From Macrostomum lignano (lineage: Eukaryota), in the NCBI GenBank assembly GCA_002269645.1, contig NIVC01002447.1, positions 147,447 to 211,446 on the forward strand: 64,000 nucleotides of DNA, written 5' to 3'. Both the position numbers and the translations under genes were made by a program. Under the pieces are notes generated by a model that saw only the letters and a list, made by a program, of their open reading frames with translations, was not told the origin of the DNA and made no database searches. Shown here piece by piece: positions 12,553 through 24,616 of the stretch (its first letter is position 1; each line of letters begins with the position of its first letter).

Positions 12553-14259
12553 ATGTATGGTACAACATCCAAGCTAGACTAGCACTACCACTTCAGTAAC
12601 AATGTGCAGCAATAGTTACAATAGCTGTATACATACATGCGCAACAGTCAGTAGTACTAAGTAGCTGATGAGGCATTTTGGCTCAATAAGACAGTCATAG
12701 TTACTCCTGCTGTTTACCCAAAGTTGTGTTAATTTTGCTTTAGGGCTTTTTACATGTAAGTTGCATTTTTGGCCAAAAACTACGTCGCATTTTTGTTAAA
12801 ACTAAGTCGCACGGCTAACCAAATTTTGGAGGTTGCCCATGTATGGCTGTAGAAGGGTTGAGTGGCAGAGTGTAACAAACCCTCCTCTTGGCCAAATTTG
12901 GGTGTTCTCTAGGGCACAGTTTGTACACTGCCTAATGTCAAGAAAATCAGGGCAGATGTATACCTAGTGGGCATTCTTGAATGGGATTTGAAATGCCCAA
13001 AGAAACCCCAGCAAACTAACCAACTTTACATAACCAAATTGAATACTCATACCCATTTTCTTTATACCCACTCTACTCCACTCTTAGATGTATTTATGAA
13101 ACTATATATATGTCTTTCAGCACTAGGCACAATGAACCTTCCACTGAACGCACCTTTTTAAACAATGAACATTGAACCATCAGACTAAAATTAACAAAAT
13201 TTTCGAACAAAATGTCCCTTAGACAAAATTTCATAGATTCAAATAAATAACATTAACCATAATCAATGTTATAATGGTAATAATATGCCAAAGTTAAACA
13301 AATGGTATAAATTTAGGTTGTATATAACATCTCATATGACATCTTATTAGGATTGGGAATTATAAATAGGACTAGGTCTTTAAGTGCACTATAGTTTTGC
13401 AAGTCTATATAGAGTTGTAAAGAAAAGGTATGCAATATGACCTAGGCAAAAGATATTAGCTAAGTTGAACATGCAATGTCAAGACTCAAGTCAGATCAAA
13501 GGGTGAAACATGATAGAGTAGATGCAAGTTTTTTAACTAACAAAGTAATAACATAATGAGTACAAGTTAAGATAAATTGCATTTAGGCCCTAAATAATCA
13601 CTTGTTCTATAAATTTTAAAACAAAAGAATTCTTAATGGGTTATAGCCATAATCATCATAGGCCTATTCAAAATTGTCATTATGTTATCATAACAACTTT
13701 ACCAAATCCTAAACCTTAAACATTTAAATATGAAACTTTAAACAAAAGCAAATGCATATTCTGTATATTTTTGTTATATAATAAAATTAATGACTATTTT
13801 TCATATTTTTATATTTTTATTTATACCAAACTTGGATTTCTTGTCAGTATACCCATTTTTAAAACTTTATACAGTAAACTATTTACTTATATACAAAACG
13901 AATTGTATTGCAATTGTAGCAATATTTTGTTATAAATAAGTTGCTTCTTTTTCAAAAATATATTTTATTATCTAATTATGTATGTTATACCCAACAACAA
14001 GTTGAATATTTGGCTTTTCATATTAGGCCACCAATTCCAAAATTAGTATAGTAGTCTATATTCATAAGTATCTATTTTTATATGTAAATAATTATAAAAT
14101 TATCTATTCTTTTATGCAAAAAAGTATTTCTATAAACAAGTAAAATAGTTGCTAGTAGCCAAAAATGAATCTGTATGAAACTTAAAAAACATTCTATAAT
14201 TTGTTTTAAAAAGCAAAGTATTGCAAAATTAATTTTTGATATAAATGAACCCCTTAGAA

Positions 14260-14295
14260 CCCATTCAGCTTATATATATATATAAGCTGAATGGG
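14260..14295. repeat. Perfect 36-bp palindrome with (TA)7 centre
   Basis: CCCATTCAGCT-(TA)7-AGCTGAATGGG. Confidence 0.9.
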
Positions 14296-15317
14296 CAACA
14301 AATAAACTAGACTGTTAATGTCACAACTTGGTGCTTTATTAAGGTGCTTTGTAGGCAAACCTGAGCTGGTGCAGTGGCTGATGCAATCAGGCTGCCAAGC
14401 TGCTGTCTACTCCATCGGATTGTCAACCATATTGAGACAAATAGGGGCAAGCAAATGGGCAGTAAGCAGGAACATCACAATCAATGGGCAGAAGGGCACA
14501 GATAAACAAGATAAATCAATGGGCAGAGATAAATAATAAGGGCACAGGCAGCAGTTGGTAACTTGGTAAAGTATCAAAGATGGAGATTTACACAGTCAAG
14601 TCACACAGTTAAGTGCAATGGCTTAGTTTCACCTTTAATACTCCTCCAGCTGTCTTAACCAATTGACAAACAAATCCAATTGCTGGAGCTGGAATCACCC
14701 CGCATGCACTCTAATTGAGATTTTGCCTAGTGGGGTTCCCAGTTGATTTGTTGGCCACCAACTACTCGGCTGCTGCGGCAACCAACTGAAATGAGGCCTG
14801 CATGTGTGCATTTACCCTAACTGCTTTTTGTAAAATTTTAATACATACATACATGATTAAAATTTCTACCTTAGAGCTCAATCCGGATTAAAGCTATTTA
14901 CAAATTAAAGTAAATCTAAGAGAGACAGGAAAACCTTCCTGTTTTTATTTAGGTCCTTTAGGACTGATCTTTAAAAAGATTCTTAAAGCTTTAATCTCCA
15001 AATTAAGCTTTGTTCAAAAAGTTGAAGAAATACCACTTGATGTTGCAGACCAGTATAGCAATCGCTTCCATCACTTTTATCATTGAGAATTCATTCATCC
15101 CAAAGGGCATTGAAATTGTTTTTTGGTCATATGGAAGCCGCATGTATACTTAACTACTATAAGTAGGCTGAGGGCTCTTTAAAATAATAAAACACGCCCG
15201 CATCTTTCAGGTCCAGCAGCCATCCGCCAGGACCTGAACCGTGGCGTCATCCAATCGGCCATTCTGCCATCGTCGCCACTCAGCCGCCCTCCGCTTGACG
15301 CCGGCTGAGCGATCGTC

Positions 15318-18300
15318 ATGAGCGGCCCGGATCCGGCCGCCGATCCCGCCCGGCCGCCACCGCCTCCGCCTCCTCCACCGCCTCCGCCGGCCTCTGCAAC
15401 GGCCGCGGAAAAGTCGACCACCCCGACCGACGAGCTGGAAGCCCCCGCCGACCAACCGGACGCGCCCTGCGACTGCCGTGTCTGCCGGGCAGCCAGCGCC
15501 GCCGGGAGCGCCGGCCGAAGGCGGGTGGCCACCGTTGCCGCCAGGGTGCAGCGAAGCCTTCGAGCGCTGAGCAGCGGCGGCGACTGCGCGGATCAGCAGC
15601 TGCAGCAGCCGGCAACCCCGGATCCCAAGCTGGCGCGGATGGCCGACTGGCTGGTCGATCGGGACCCCGGAGCTCTGTACAATGCGCTCGAGGATGTGGG
15701 CCGGCAGCAGGTAGCTGCTTCTTGCTATCCCCTAGTGTTCCCCAATCCCCATCCCCTAGTGTTCCCCAATCCCCATCCCCTAATGTTCCCCAATCCCCAT
15801 CCCCTAGTGTCCCCTAATCCCCATCCCCTAGTGTTCCCCAATCCCCATCCCTTAGTGTTCCCAAATCCCAATCCCCTAGTGTCCCCCAATCCCTATTCCT
15901 TAGTGTTCCCCAATCCCATCCCCTAATGTTCCCCAATCCCCATCCCCTAGTGTTCCCCAATCCCCATCCCCTAGTGTCCCCCAATCCCCATCCCCTAGTG
16001 TCCCCCAATCCCCATCCCCTAGTGTTCCCCAATCCCCATCCCCTAATGTTCCCCAATCCCCATTCCCGTAGTGTTCCCTAATCCCCATCCCCTAGTGTCC
16101 CCCAATCCCTATTCCTTAGTGTTCCCCAATCCCCATCCCCTAATGTTCCCCAATCCCCATTCCCGTAGTGTTCCCTAATCCCCATCCCCTAGTGTCCCCC
16201 AATCCCTATTCCTTAGTGTTCCCCAATCCCATCCCCTAGTGTTCCCCAATCCCCATCCCTTAGTGTTCCCAAATCCCAATCCCCTAGTGTCCCCCAATCC
16301 CCATCTTCTAGTGTTCCCCAATCCCTATCCCCTAATGTTCCCCAATCCCCATCCCCTAATGTTCCCCAATCCCCATCCCCTAATGTTCCCCAATCCCATC
16401 CCCTAGATTATTCAATTCCCCTTTCCCTCCCCCATGACCCATACACTCCAATCGCTCAGCCAGCCCCTTCCTCAACCGCCAGGTGCAAGACGCGCAGAAC
16501 CGGCTGCTGGCGCAGCTGAAGGACACGGGGCTGGGCAAGCGAGAGCACTGCCGCGCCTTCGTGCTGGCCATGTGCCGCGAGTTCGAGCGCCTCCGCCGGA
16601 CAGCAAAGCGTCAGTCAGAGGTGATTCGCACACTGGAGGCGACGCACCTGTCAGAGATGGACCTGTCCTGGGAGCTGCTGTGCCAGCACTGGTTCCACTC
16701 GCTGGTGTACTGCTGTGACCAGATGCGCGCGGTGCACTGCGTGCTCATGGAGCGGCTCAAGCCGCTGCCAGACGAACGCGAGACTCCGTCGCCGTTGAAG
16801 CGATTCCTCGAGCTGGACTCGGCGATGTCTGAGGTGGCCAAGCGGTGGCGCAAGGCACAGCAGCTGCTTGACACCTGGCAGGAGAGGAACTGCCCGCCGC
16901 CCACCGCTGCCGCCTGCCTTGGCCTGGCCGAGGACCTGCTGTCCGACGAGTCTCTCATGCGCCAGCTGTATAAGATGCACGTCAGCCAGGGTGAGCTGCC
17001 ACCGACCTCTGGTCCCACTGGTCTGATCCCACTGACTACTCTGATCCCACTGACTGCTCTGATCTGATCCATGTGTCCTAAAAATCTTAACTACTTTGAT
17101 ATTCCATCTGATGCTACTGATCTACCACCAGAAGACCCTACTGTCCCACTACTGAACCCTCGCTCTCTCCCCCTCCATCAGGCGGTCAGTTAAACGGCGC
17201 CAGTCCGGCCGGCGGCAGCCAGTCGCCAGCAGCGGCAGCATCTTCAGCCTCATCTACTGCGTCAACCAGCGGCTTGGATGGCACGGCGGCGTCCTCGTAC
17301 ACATGCATGAAGTGCCGTCGCACCCTGTGCGCCTGCTCGGTGTGCTCATTCTCTCACTACGTGACCTGCGGCATGCGGCCCGGCTTCGTCGACGCTGAGG
17401 ATCTCGAAGCCGAGGTCGAAGCGGAGCGGCGGCAAAGGCGGAGGCGCAGGCGGCGGCAGCAGGAGCAGCGGGAGCAGCAGCGCGGCTGCTCCGCCGGCTC
17501 GCGGGGCTCCTGTCGCTGCGGCAGCGACGCGGACTCGGCGTCCGGCGGCTCCTCGGCGTCGTCGTCTCCGGCCGATTCGCCTGACCGGCTGTCGCTATCC
17601 GACTCGTCCTTCTACTCCACTTCTTCGTCTACGGGTTCGTCGCGATCCGGGTCGAATTTCGAGGCCGCCGCCGCCGCTGTCATGGCCGACCAGCGCGGGC
17701 GGGCGCGGCAGAGACGCCGGTTGAGGCGCGGTGGCGGCAGCGGCGATGGCGAAGGCAGCGGCGCAGAGTCGCGCAACGCCGCCGCGGCTTCGGTGGCCTC
17801 GGCGGTCATCGAGTCGGCGGCAGCGAATGTTGCCTCCAGTCGCGACGACGGTGGCGGTGGGCGTCGCGGAGTTTCTCTGTCGCCTTCGGGCGGGTCGCGG
17901 TCTTTAGAGGTCGGCGCAATCACGCCGTTGTCAACATCGCCGAATTCGAAGTTCTGCGACTGCTGCTACTGCGAGGTGTTCGGGCACGCGGGCGGCACCC
18001 CGGCTGGCCAGCAACCGGCCGTGCCGCCGAAATTCTACGAGAAGCGCGAGCAGCTGCGGCAGAAGCTAAAGCGCAAGAAGGAGCTGCAGCAGCAGCGGCA
18101 AGAGGCCGCGCAGCAGCAGCCGCAGCCGGCGGCCGAAGGCGGCGACATCGACGAGCTGGTGAAGTTCATCGAGGGCGAGCCGGCGACCTCTACGGCGGCC
18201 AAGCGGGAGGCCAAGAAGGCCAGGCAGAAGGCCAAAAAGGCGGCCGCTAAGAAGCCGAATGCGAAATCCTCGAACTGTCTGGAGGCTGCGGATGTCGATG

Positions 18301-19900
18301 AGGCGGCCGAATCTCCGGCGCCTAGCGCCGACGTTCCAGTGGAGACCCCGCGGTCCAAGGCGGTGCCGGAGCAGCCGGCAGAGGCGCCCAAGTCTGCGGC
18401 GGCGGCCTCCAGTCAGCAGCGGCAGGAGGCGGCCAGCCAGCCATCACGCAAGCCTGCAGCTCCCAGCAGCAACGGCAGCAGCAAGTACGGCTGCTCCATC
18501 GGCGCGAGGCCTCGCGGCTTTGCCCACCCCGCCGCCTCCGCCGCAGCTCCGCCAATCGGTGCAAATCAGCAGCAGCAGCAGCAGCCCCTAGCAACCGTTG
18601 CTAACGGAGCCATTGGAGCCAAGAGTCGGCACCAGAGCAATAGCTACCAGCACTACCAGCAGCAGCCGCATCAGCAGTACTTCACTAACCATCCTCCTCA
18701 GCAGCAGCAGCAGCAATATTCCAGGCAGGTCAGGCAGACCCGCACCATAGTCAGCTCGAGTCGGCAGCAGGCGCACCAGCAGACAAGGCAACAGCAACAG
18801 CAGCATGTGTACAGCTTTGGTAGAACCAAGAACTTTGCACCGTCACCAGCGGCAATAGGCGGTTCAATGCAGCAGCAGCAGCAGCAGCAGCAGCCACTGC
18901 AATTCAGACCCCAGCAGCGCCATCAGCTGGGCTACCAGCATCGCGGCAAGCAGCCGCAGCAACAGAGACAACATCAGCAGCAGCAGCATCGACAGACAGC
19001 AACTGGCAGTAGAAACGGACCCGCTAGAGAAGATATTGGTGAGTGCAGGGTTGGGACATTTGAGTGCAGGGTTGGGACATTTGGGTGCAGGATTGGGAAA
19101 TTTTGGTGCAGGGTTGGGACATTTGGGTGCAGGGTTGGGGCATTTGGGTGCAGGGTTGGGGCATTTGGGTGCAGGGTTGGGACATTTGGGTGCAGGGTTG
19201 GGGCATTTGGGTGCAGGGTTGGGACATTTGGGTGCAGGGTTGGGACATTTGGGTGCAGGGTTGGGACATTTGGGTGCAGGGTTGGGGCATTTCATTTGGG
19301 TGCAGGGTCGGAACATTTGGGTGCAGGGTTGGGACATTTAGGTGCAGGGTTAGGACATTTGGGTGCAGGGTTGGGGCATTTGGGTGCAGGGTTGGGACAT
19401 TTGGGTGCAGGGTTGGGGCATTTGGGTGCAGGGCTTAGATTTTTGTGAGATGCTGGATGCAGGTGAGGCTGGGTGCAGGTGGACTGGGTGCAGGGGAGGC
19501 TGGATGCAGAGAGGCTGGGTGCAGGTGGACTGGGTGCAGGGAGGCTGGGTGCAGGGAGGCTGGGTACAGGTGGACTGGGTGCAGGTAGGAATTAGATTTG
19601 CGTACTTCATTATCATTAATCCCATGACAAACAGCAGTGCATTTGCTTACCCCTGTGGCAGAGGAAGTGTTCAAACCGCGCCTTGGCAGCTGCGAGGGAG
19701 AAGAGGTGGACCCAGTTGTGGAGCAGTTCAAAAGGTAAGTGAAACAGTGATTTCACTATTCATAATTTGCTGTTTGGTGCTCAGCAGCTGGAAAATCAAA
19801 ATTCCGACCTCGCAGCTTCGTGATGAACGTTGAGGCGCCGAAGGAGCGGCAGAAGGTGCGGCTGGACATCGGCACCATCGCTCTGAGCAAGAAGAAATGA
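15318..19900 (+). CDS. FAM193: FAM193 family protein, ~971 aa, 5 exons: 15318-15710, 16483-16990, 17182-19038, 19662-19734, 19816-19900
   Basis: All introns GT-AG with consistent phases (2916 nt total). Motifs CDCRVC, FCDCCYCEVFGH...REQLRQKL, DIDELVKFIEG and C-terminal EEVFKP...EVDPVVEQFKSF...RQKV match FAM193A/B conserved blocks. Confidence 0.85.
15728..16406. repeat. ~24-bp minisatellite (CCCCATCCCCTAGTGTTCCCCAAT) in FAM193 intron 1
   Basis: Direct tandem copies; source of the PNPHPLVF and GDGDWGTL pseudo-ORFs. Confidence 0.95.
19043..19585. repeat. 21-bp (TTGGGTGCAGGGTTGGGACAT) then ~15-bp (CTGGGTGCAGGTGGA) minisatellites in FAM193 intron 3
   Basis: Tandem copies start right after the donor at 19039. 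Confidence 0.95.
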
Positions 19901-20242
19901 TAATCCAGCCCCACCTGCAGATTGTCTCGATATTAACAGTGCATCGTGTTTGTGCGTTTGTGCGTTATCCATTTTGCTTTAAACTTGCGGTTCTGTGGTA
20001 GCTTTTTCCCATCTGCGCTTGCTATAATTGTAGAAATCTAATTTCCTGTTAATTTGCATCTCCGTCGAAGTTTTTGTCCAATAATGCTTTTTTTCTTTTG
20101 CTCCGTTTCTTGGCTTTTTGTTTGTTTTTTGCTCTCTGCTACTTTTAATCTGCGGCATGCAGTAAGTGTTTGCTGTCAAGTATCATTTGTTAGATAAAGT
20201 CATTTTCAAATTTGCTCCACAATGAGACTGTGCATGGGGAGG

Positions 20243-21625
20243 GGTGTTCCCCTTCCCCTAGTGTCCCCCACCCCTTGTGTTCCCCTTCCCCTAGTGTCCC
20301 CCATCCCCTAGTGTCCCCCATCCCCTGGTGTTCTCCTTCCCCTAGTGTCCCCCATCCCCTTGTGTTCCCCTTCCCCCTAGTGTCCCCCATCCCCTAGTGT
20401 CCCCCATCCCCTGGTGTTCCCCATCCCCTAGTGTCCCCATCCCCTAGTATCCCCATCCCCTAGTGTTCCCCATCCCCTAGTATCCCCATCCCCTTGTGTT
20501 CCCCTTCCCCTAGTGTCCCCATCCCCTAGTGTCCCCATCCCCTTGTGTTCCCCTTCCCCTAGTGTTCCCCTTCCCCTAGTGTTCCCCATTCCCTAGTGTC
20601 CCCATCCCCTAGTGTCCCCATCCCCTAGTGTCCCCCATCCCCTAGTGTTCCCCACCCTCGAGTGTCCCCCATCCCCTAGTGTTCCCCACCCTCGAGTGTC
20701 CCCCTTCCCCTAGTGTCCCCATCCCCTTGTGTTCCCCTTTCCCTAGTGTTCCCCATTCCCTAGTGTCCCCATCCCCTAGTGTCCCCCTTCCCCTAGTGTT
20801 CCCCATTCCCTAGTGTCCCCCATCCCCTAGTGTCCCCCACCCCCTAGTGTCCCCCTTCCCCTAGTGTTCCCCATCCCCTAGTGTCCCCATCCCCTAGTGT
20901 CCCCATCCCCTAGTGTCCCCATCCCCTAGTGTCCCCCATCCCCTTGTGTTCCCCTTCCCCTAGTGTCCCCATCCCCGAGTGTTCCCCATCCCCGAGTTTT
21001 CCCCATCCCCTGGTGTTCCCCATCCCCTGGTGTTCCCCATCCCCTGGTGTTTCCCATCCCCTAGTGTTCCCCATTCCCTAGTGTTCCCCATCCCCTGGTG
21101 TTTCCCATCCCCTAGTGTTCCCCATCCCCTGGTGTTTCCCATCCCCTAGTGTTCCCCATCCCCTAGTGTTCCCCATTCCCTAGTGTTCCCCATCCCCTGG
21201 TGTTTCCCATCCCCTAGTGTTCCCCATCCCCTAGTGTTCCCCATCCCCTGGTGTTTCCCATCCCCTAGTGTTCCCCATCCCCTAGTGTCCCCCATTCCCT
21301 AGTGTTCCCCATCCCCTGGTGTTCCCCTTCCCCTAGTGTCCCCCATCCCCTAGTGTCCCCCATCCCCTAGTGTCCCCCATTCCCTAGTGTCCCCCACCCC
21401 CTGGTGTTCCCCATCCCCTAGTGTCCCCCATCCCCTAGTGTTCCCCATCCCCTAGTGTCCCCCATTCCCTAGTGTTCCCCATCCCCTGGTGTTCCCCTTC
21501 CCCTAGTGTCCCCCATTCCCTAGTGTCCCCCACCCCCTGGTGTTCCCCTTCCCCTAGTGTCCCCCATCCCCTAGTGTCCCCCACCCCCTGGTGTTCCCCA
21601 TCCCCTAGTGTCCCCCATTCCCTAG
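20243..21625. repeat. ~18-19-bp C-rich minisatellite (CCCCATCCCCTAGTGT[T/C]) related to the intron-1 repeat
   Basis: Tandem copies downstream of the FAM193 stop. Confidence 0.95.
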
Positions 21626-22364
21626 TTTTGTAAACGCACAATCCCCTGCTTCGGTGCCGTGGTCGAGGGCGCATTCATTTGGATCTTGTGTGCACAAAAA
21701 TTGGCTAAGGGGTTCTCGGGCGATTGCAAGCCACGGAGAGTGTACATGCCCGAAGGATTAGAAAGTCAGGGCGGCTGTACACCCTGTGTGAACGTTCAAG
21801 ACAAACAGACTATATGCAGTGAATTGCAACAGCGCAAATTTGGAAATGTTTTACTCTGACAAACGGTACAGAGAGTCGAGAGAACAGAGGTTATAGAAAT
21901 TGCGCAAATAACTGTCGTGTATTTTTAGCTGACTTTATTTTTTTGTCTGCTTTGACGTGTGTGCCGCGCTTTATTAATCAACATGCCAGGATGCTTGCGC
22001 ACTGTCTGCTGCTGTTGTTACAGCTGTCTGTCTATCTGTCTACAGCGCATCAAGTGGAGTTGGTCCGATTGAAATTTGAATTTTGCGCTCTGACTGTCTC
22101 GCCTCCGCCTGCGGTGTACATTCACTGCTGCCCGCATCATCATGGATAATGACATAATTTATTTAAATATATATATATATATAGTGTATAAATTCGTTAC
22201 TAATGCACAGTATATTTCACTGCAACAATTCCCCGATGGAGCAATCCGCGCTAAGGAAATGTTGCACTTGTGCGTAAGCGTTAATTCCCGCTAGGAAAAT
22301 GTTTTTTGTGTCAGTTGCTTTGGGGATCGAGTTGGAAGGAATGACGTTTAGCCATCGTTTTGAA

Positions 22365-23082
22365 ATTCTGGTCACTAATCAGTGTGCAATCTGGTCACAG
22401 ATCAGTGTGCAATCTGGGCACTAATCAGTAAGCAATCTGGTCACTAATCAGTGTGCAATTTGGTCACTAATCACTGTGCAATCTGGTCACTAATCAGTGC
22501 AATTTGGTCACTAATCAGTGTGCAATCTGGTCACTAATCAGTGTGCAATCTGGGCACTAATCAGTGTGCAATCTGGTCACTAATCAGTGTGCAATCTGGG
22601 CACTAATCAGTGTGCAATCTGGGCACTAATCAGTGTGCAATCTGGGCACTAATCAGTGTGCAATGTGGTCACAGATCAGTGTGCAATCTGGGCACTAATC
22701 AGTGTGCAATCTGGGCACTAATCAGTGTGCAATGTGGTCACAGATCAGTGTGCAATCTGGGCACTAATCAGTGTGCAATCTGGGCACTAATCACTGTGCA
22801 ATCTGGTCACTAATCAGTGTGCAATCTGGTCACTAATCAGTGTGCAATCTGGTCACTAATCAGTGTGCAATGTGGTCACTAATCACTGTGCAATCTGGTC
22901 ACTAATCACTGTGCAATCTGGTCACTAATCAGTGTGCAATGTGGTCACTAATCACTGTGCAATCTGGTCACTAATCAGTGTGCAATCTGGTCACTAATCA
23001 GTGTAATCTGGTCACTAATCAGTGTGCAATTCTGGTCACTAATCAGTGCAATCTGGTCACTAATCAGTGTGCAATTCTGGTC
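22365..23082. repeat. 23-bp minisatellite (TCTGGTCACTAATCAGTGTGCAA), with two more units at ~23641-23685
   Basis: Direct tandem copies with no unique spacers. Confidence 0.95.
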
Positions 23083-24616
23083 ATGGTAACTAACAGTAGC
23101 AATGCCAAGCCATTTTTCCGCCCGTCGAACTACCAAATAGGGGAAGGGGGAAATTGCCCCCCCCCCTGACAATTTTTTTGCTGCGCCAGAACGGAGCAAC
23201 GCAGGCACACGAAATTCAAGAACACGGGCTAACTTTTTGTTGCGCACCTTCTCAAACAAGAATCAAGTCGCCAGCCCTCCGGACCGTCGAGATATTCGAC
23301 GATTCTGCCAGAAGGTCGGATTTTTCCCCATATTCCCATCAGTACACCCCTGTGCGCCAATTAGCACTGCGCCTCAGTACGGCCGTGCCAAGTCTCCAAA
23401 TTTCATCAGAACATCGACCACATGTGTCCGCATCAGTTCTGACTTCGTTGGTCACTAGCCTTCACCCAGGTGGAGCTTCTGGACCCTCAACAGCTGTGGC
23501 ACCAGGTGACTATGGACACCCTGATGCGGATTTCTCTATTTTCGCTGATCAAGCCTCGACAGTGGGCAAAAATCAACTGCTGGACATCCTCAGCTAGTCA
23601 GTCAAACATTCAGCCATCACCCCGACGCCGTCGGCACCTTCAGTGTGCAATCTGGTCACTAATCAGTGTGCAATCTGGTCACTAAGCAGACCCACCGAGT
23701 TGTGCCCCCATTCAGTGACCAACTTTTAGAAAATTCAAAGCTGACTGTGTCGTCAAAACTTAAAATGGTTTGGGGGGAGCTGCAAAGGTCAACAATGCGT
23801 CAACATGCATCAGAGACAAGGCCACGTTCTTCCTACACGTCGTGCAGACTTGAGTGTTTAGAATAATAAAGCCTGCGCTGCCATAGCAACTGCATGAGGC
23901 ACTCCAAGCACTTAAATCACTTTGTGCCGTATCAAATAGAGGTCAAACGTGCTTCCGGATCTTTTGCACTGACGGAGCATTTATTTTTGCTCATTCGAAA
24001 TGCCTATTGCTTACTGCCGCAATGGTCTGCTTTCACATGGAGCTCTAGATAAAGAAACTGCAGGAGTGGAAATTGCTGGCTGGGCTGGGTATAGCACCCA
24101 TTTTCCTGGCCTACACAAGTGCTCAAAGATAAACAAAAGTAGTTAGCAGTTGTTGCTATCTTATGATCAAAGCATCGAGAGGGGTTGCGACTATACGCTT
24201 GTATCGATAGACTTGCTGTAGGTGCGAAATGAGAACACCAACAGCACTAATCATTCTCGTAAGAATTTTTTAAAGAAACCACATTTATAAAATTCATATT
24301 TTTAAGTCATGAATACCAAAAGTAGCCCCCCATCAGCCTCCTCATTGGTCAGTTTCCCATCCAGATTCTGCCTCTAAAAGCCCACGGCTATCTGACTTGA
24401 CCCTACGGGACGTGCCTGACTGCTGGAAAAACAGCGCGGCTGTTATCTGTTATCTTTATCGGCTGCCCAGCAACGCCTTCAATATTAGCCTGCTGACTTA
24501 CCTGCCTACTCCACCCACCTGTGAGCGGCCACGCTTCCTTGTGGTTTCTTGTGGCCTTCAAACTAGGTAGCAACTATCGATATAGTCTCTCTGCGTAGTC
24601 CCAACTGCATGTTGTC

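Noticed and set aside
15711-16482. PNPHPLVF extension of the 202-aa ORF and minus-strand GDGDWGTL ORFs
   Set aside because: They lie in the intron after the GT donor at 15711; minisatellite translation
19039-19625. CRVGTFG / HLGAGLG / CPNPAPK repeat peptides
   Set aside because: Intronic minisatellite after the GTGAGT donor at 19039
22365-23082. CRISPR-like appearance of the 23-bp array
   Set aside because: Units are directly adjacent with no unique spacers, no cas genes, and the context is eukaryotic
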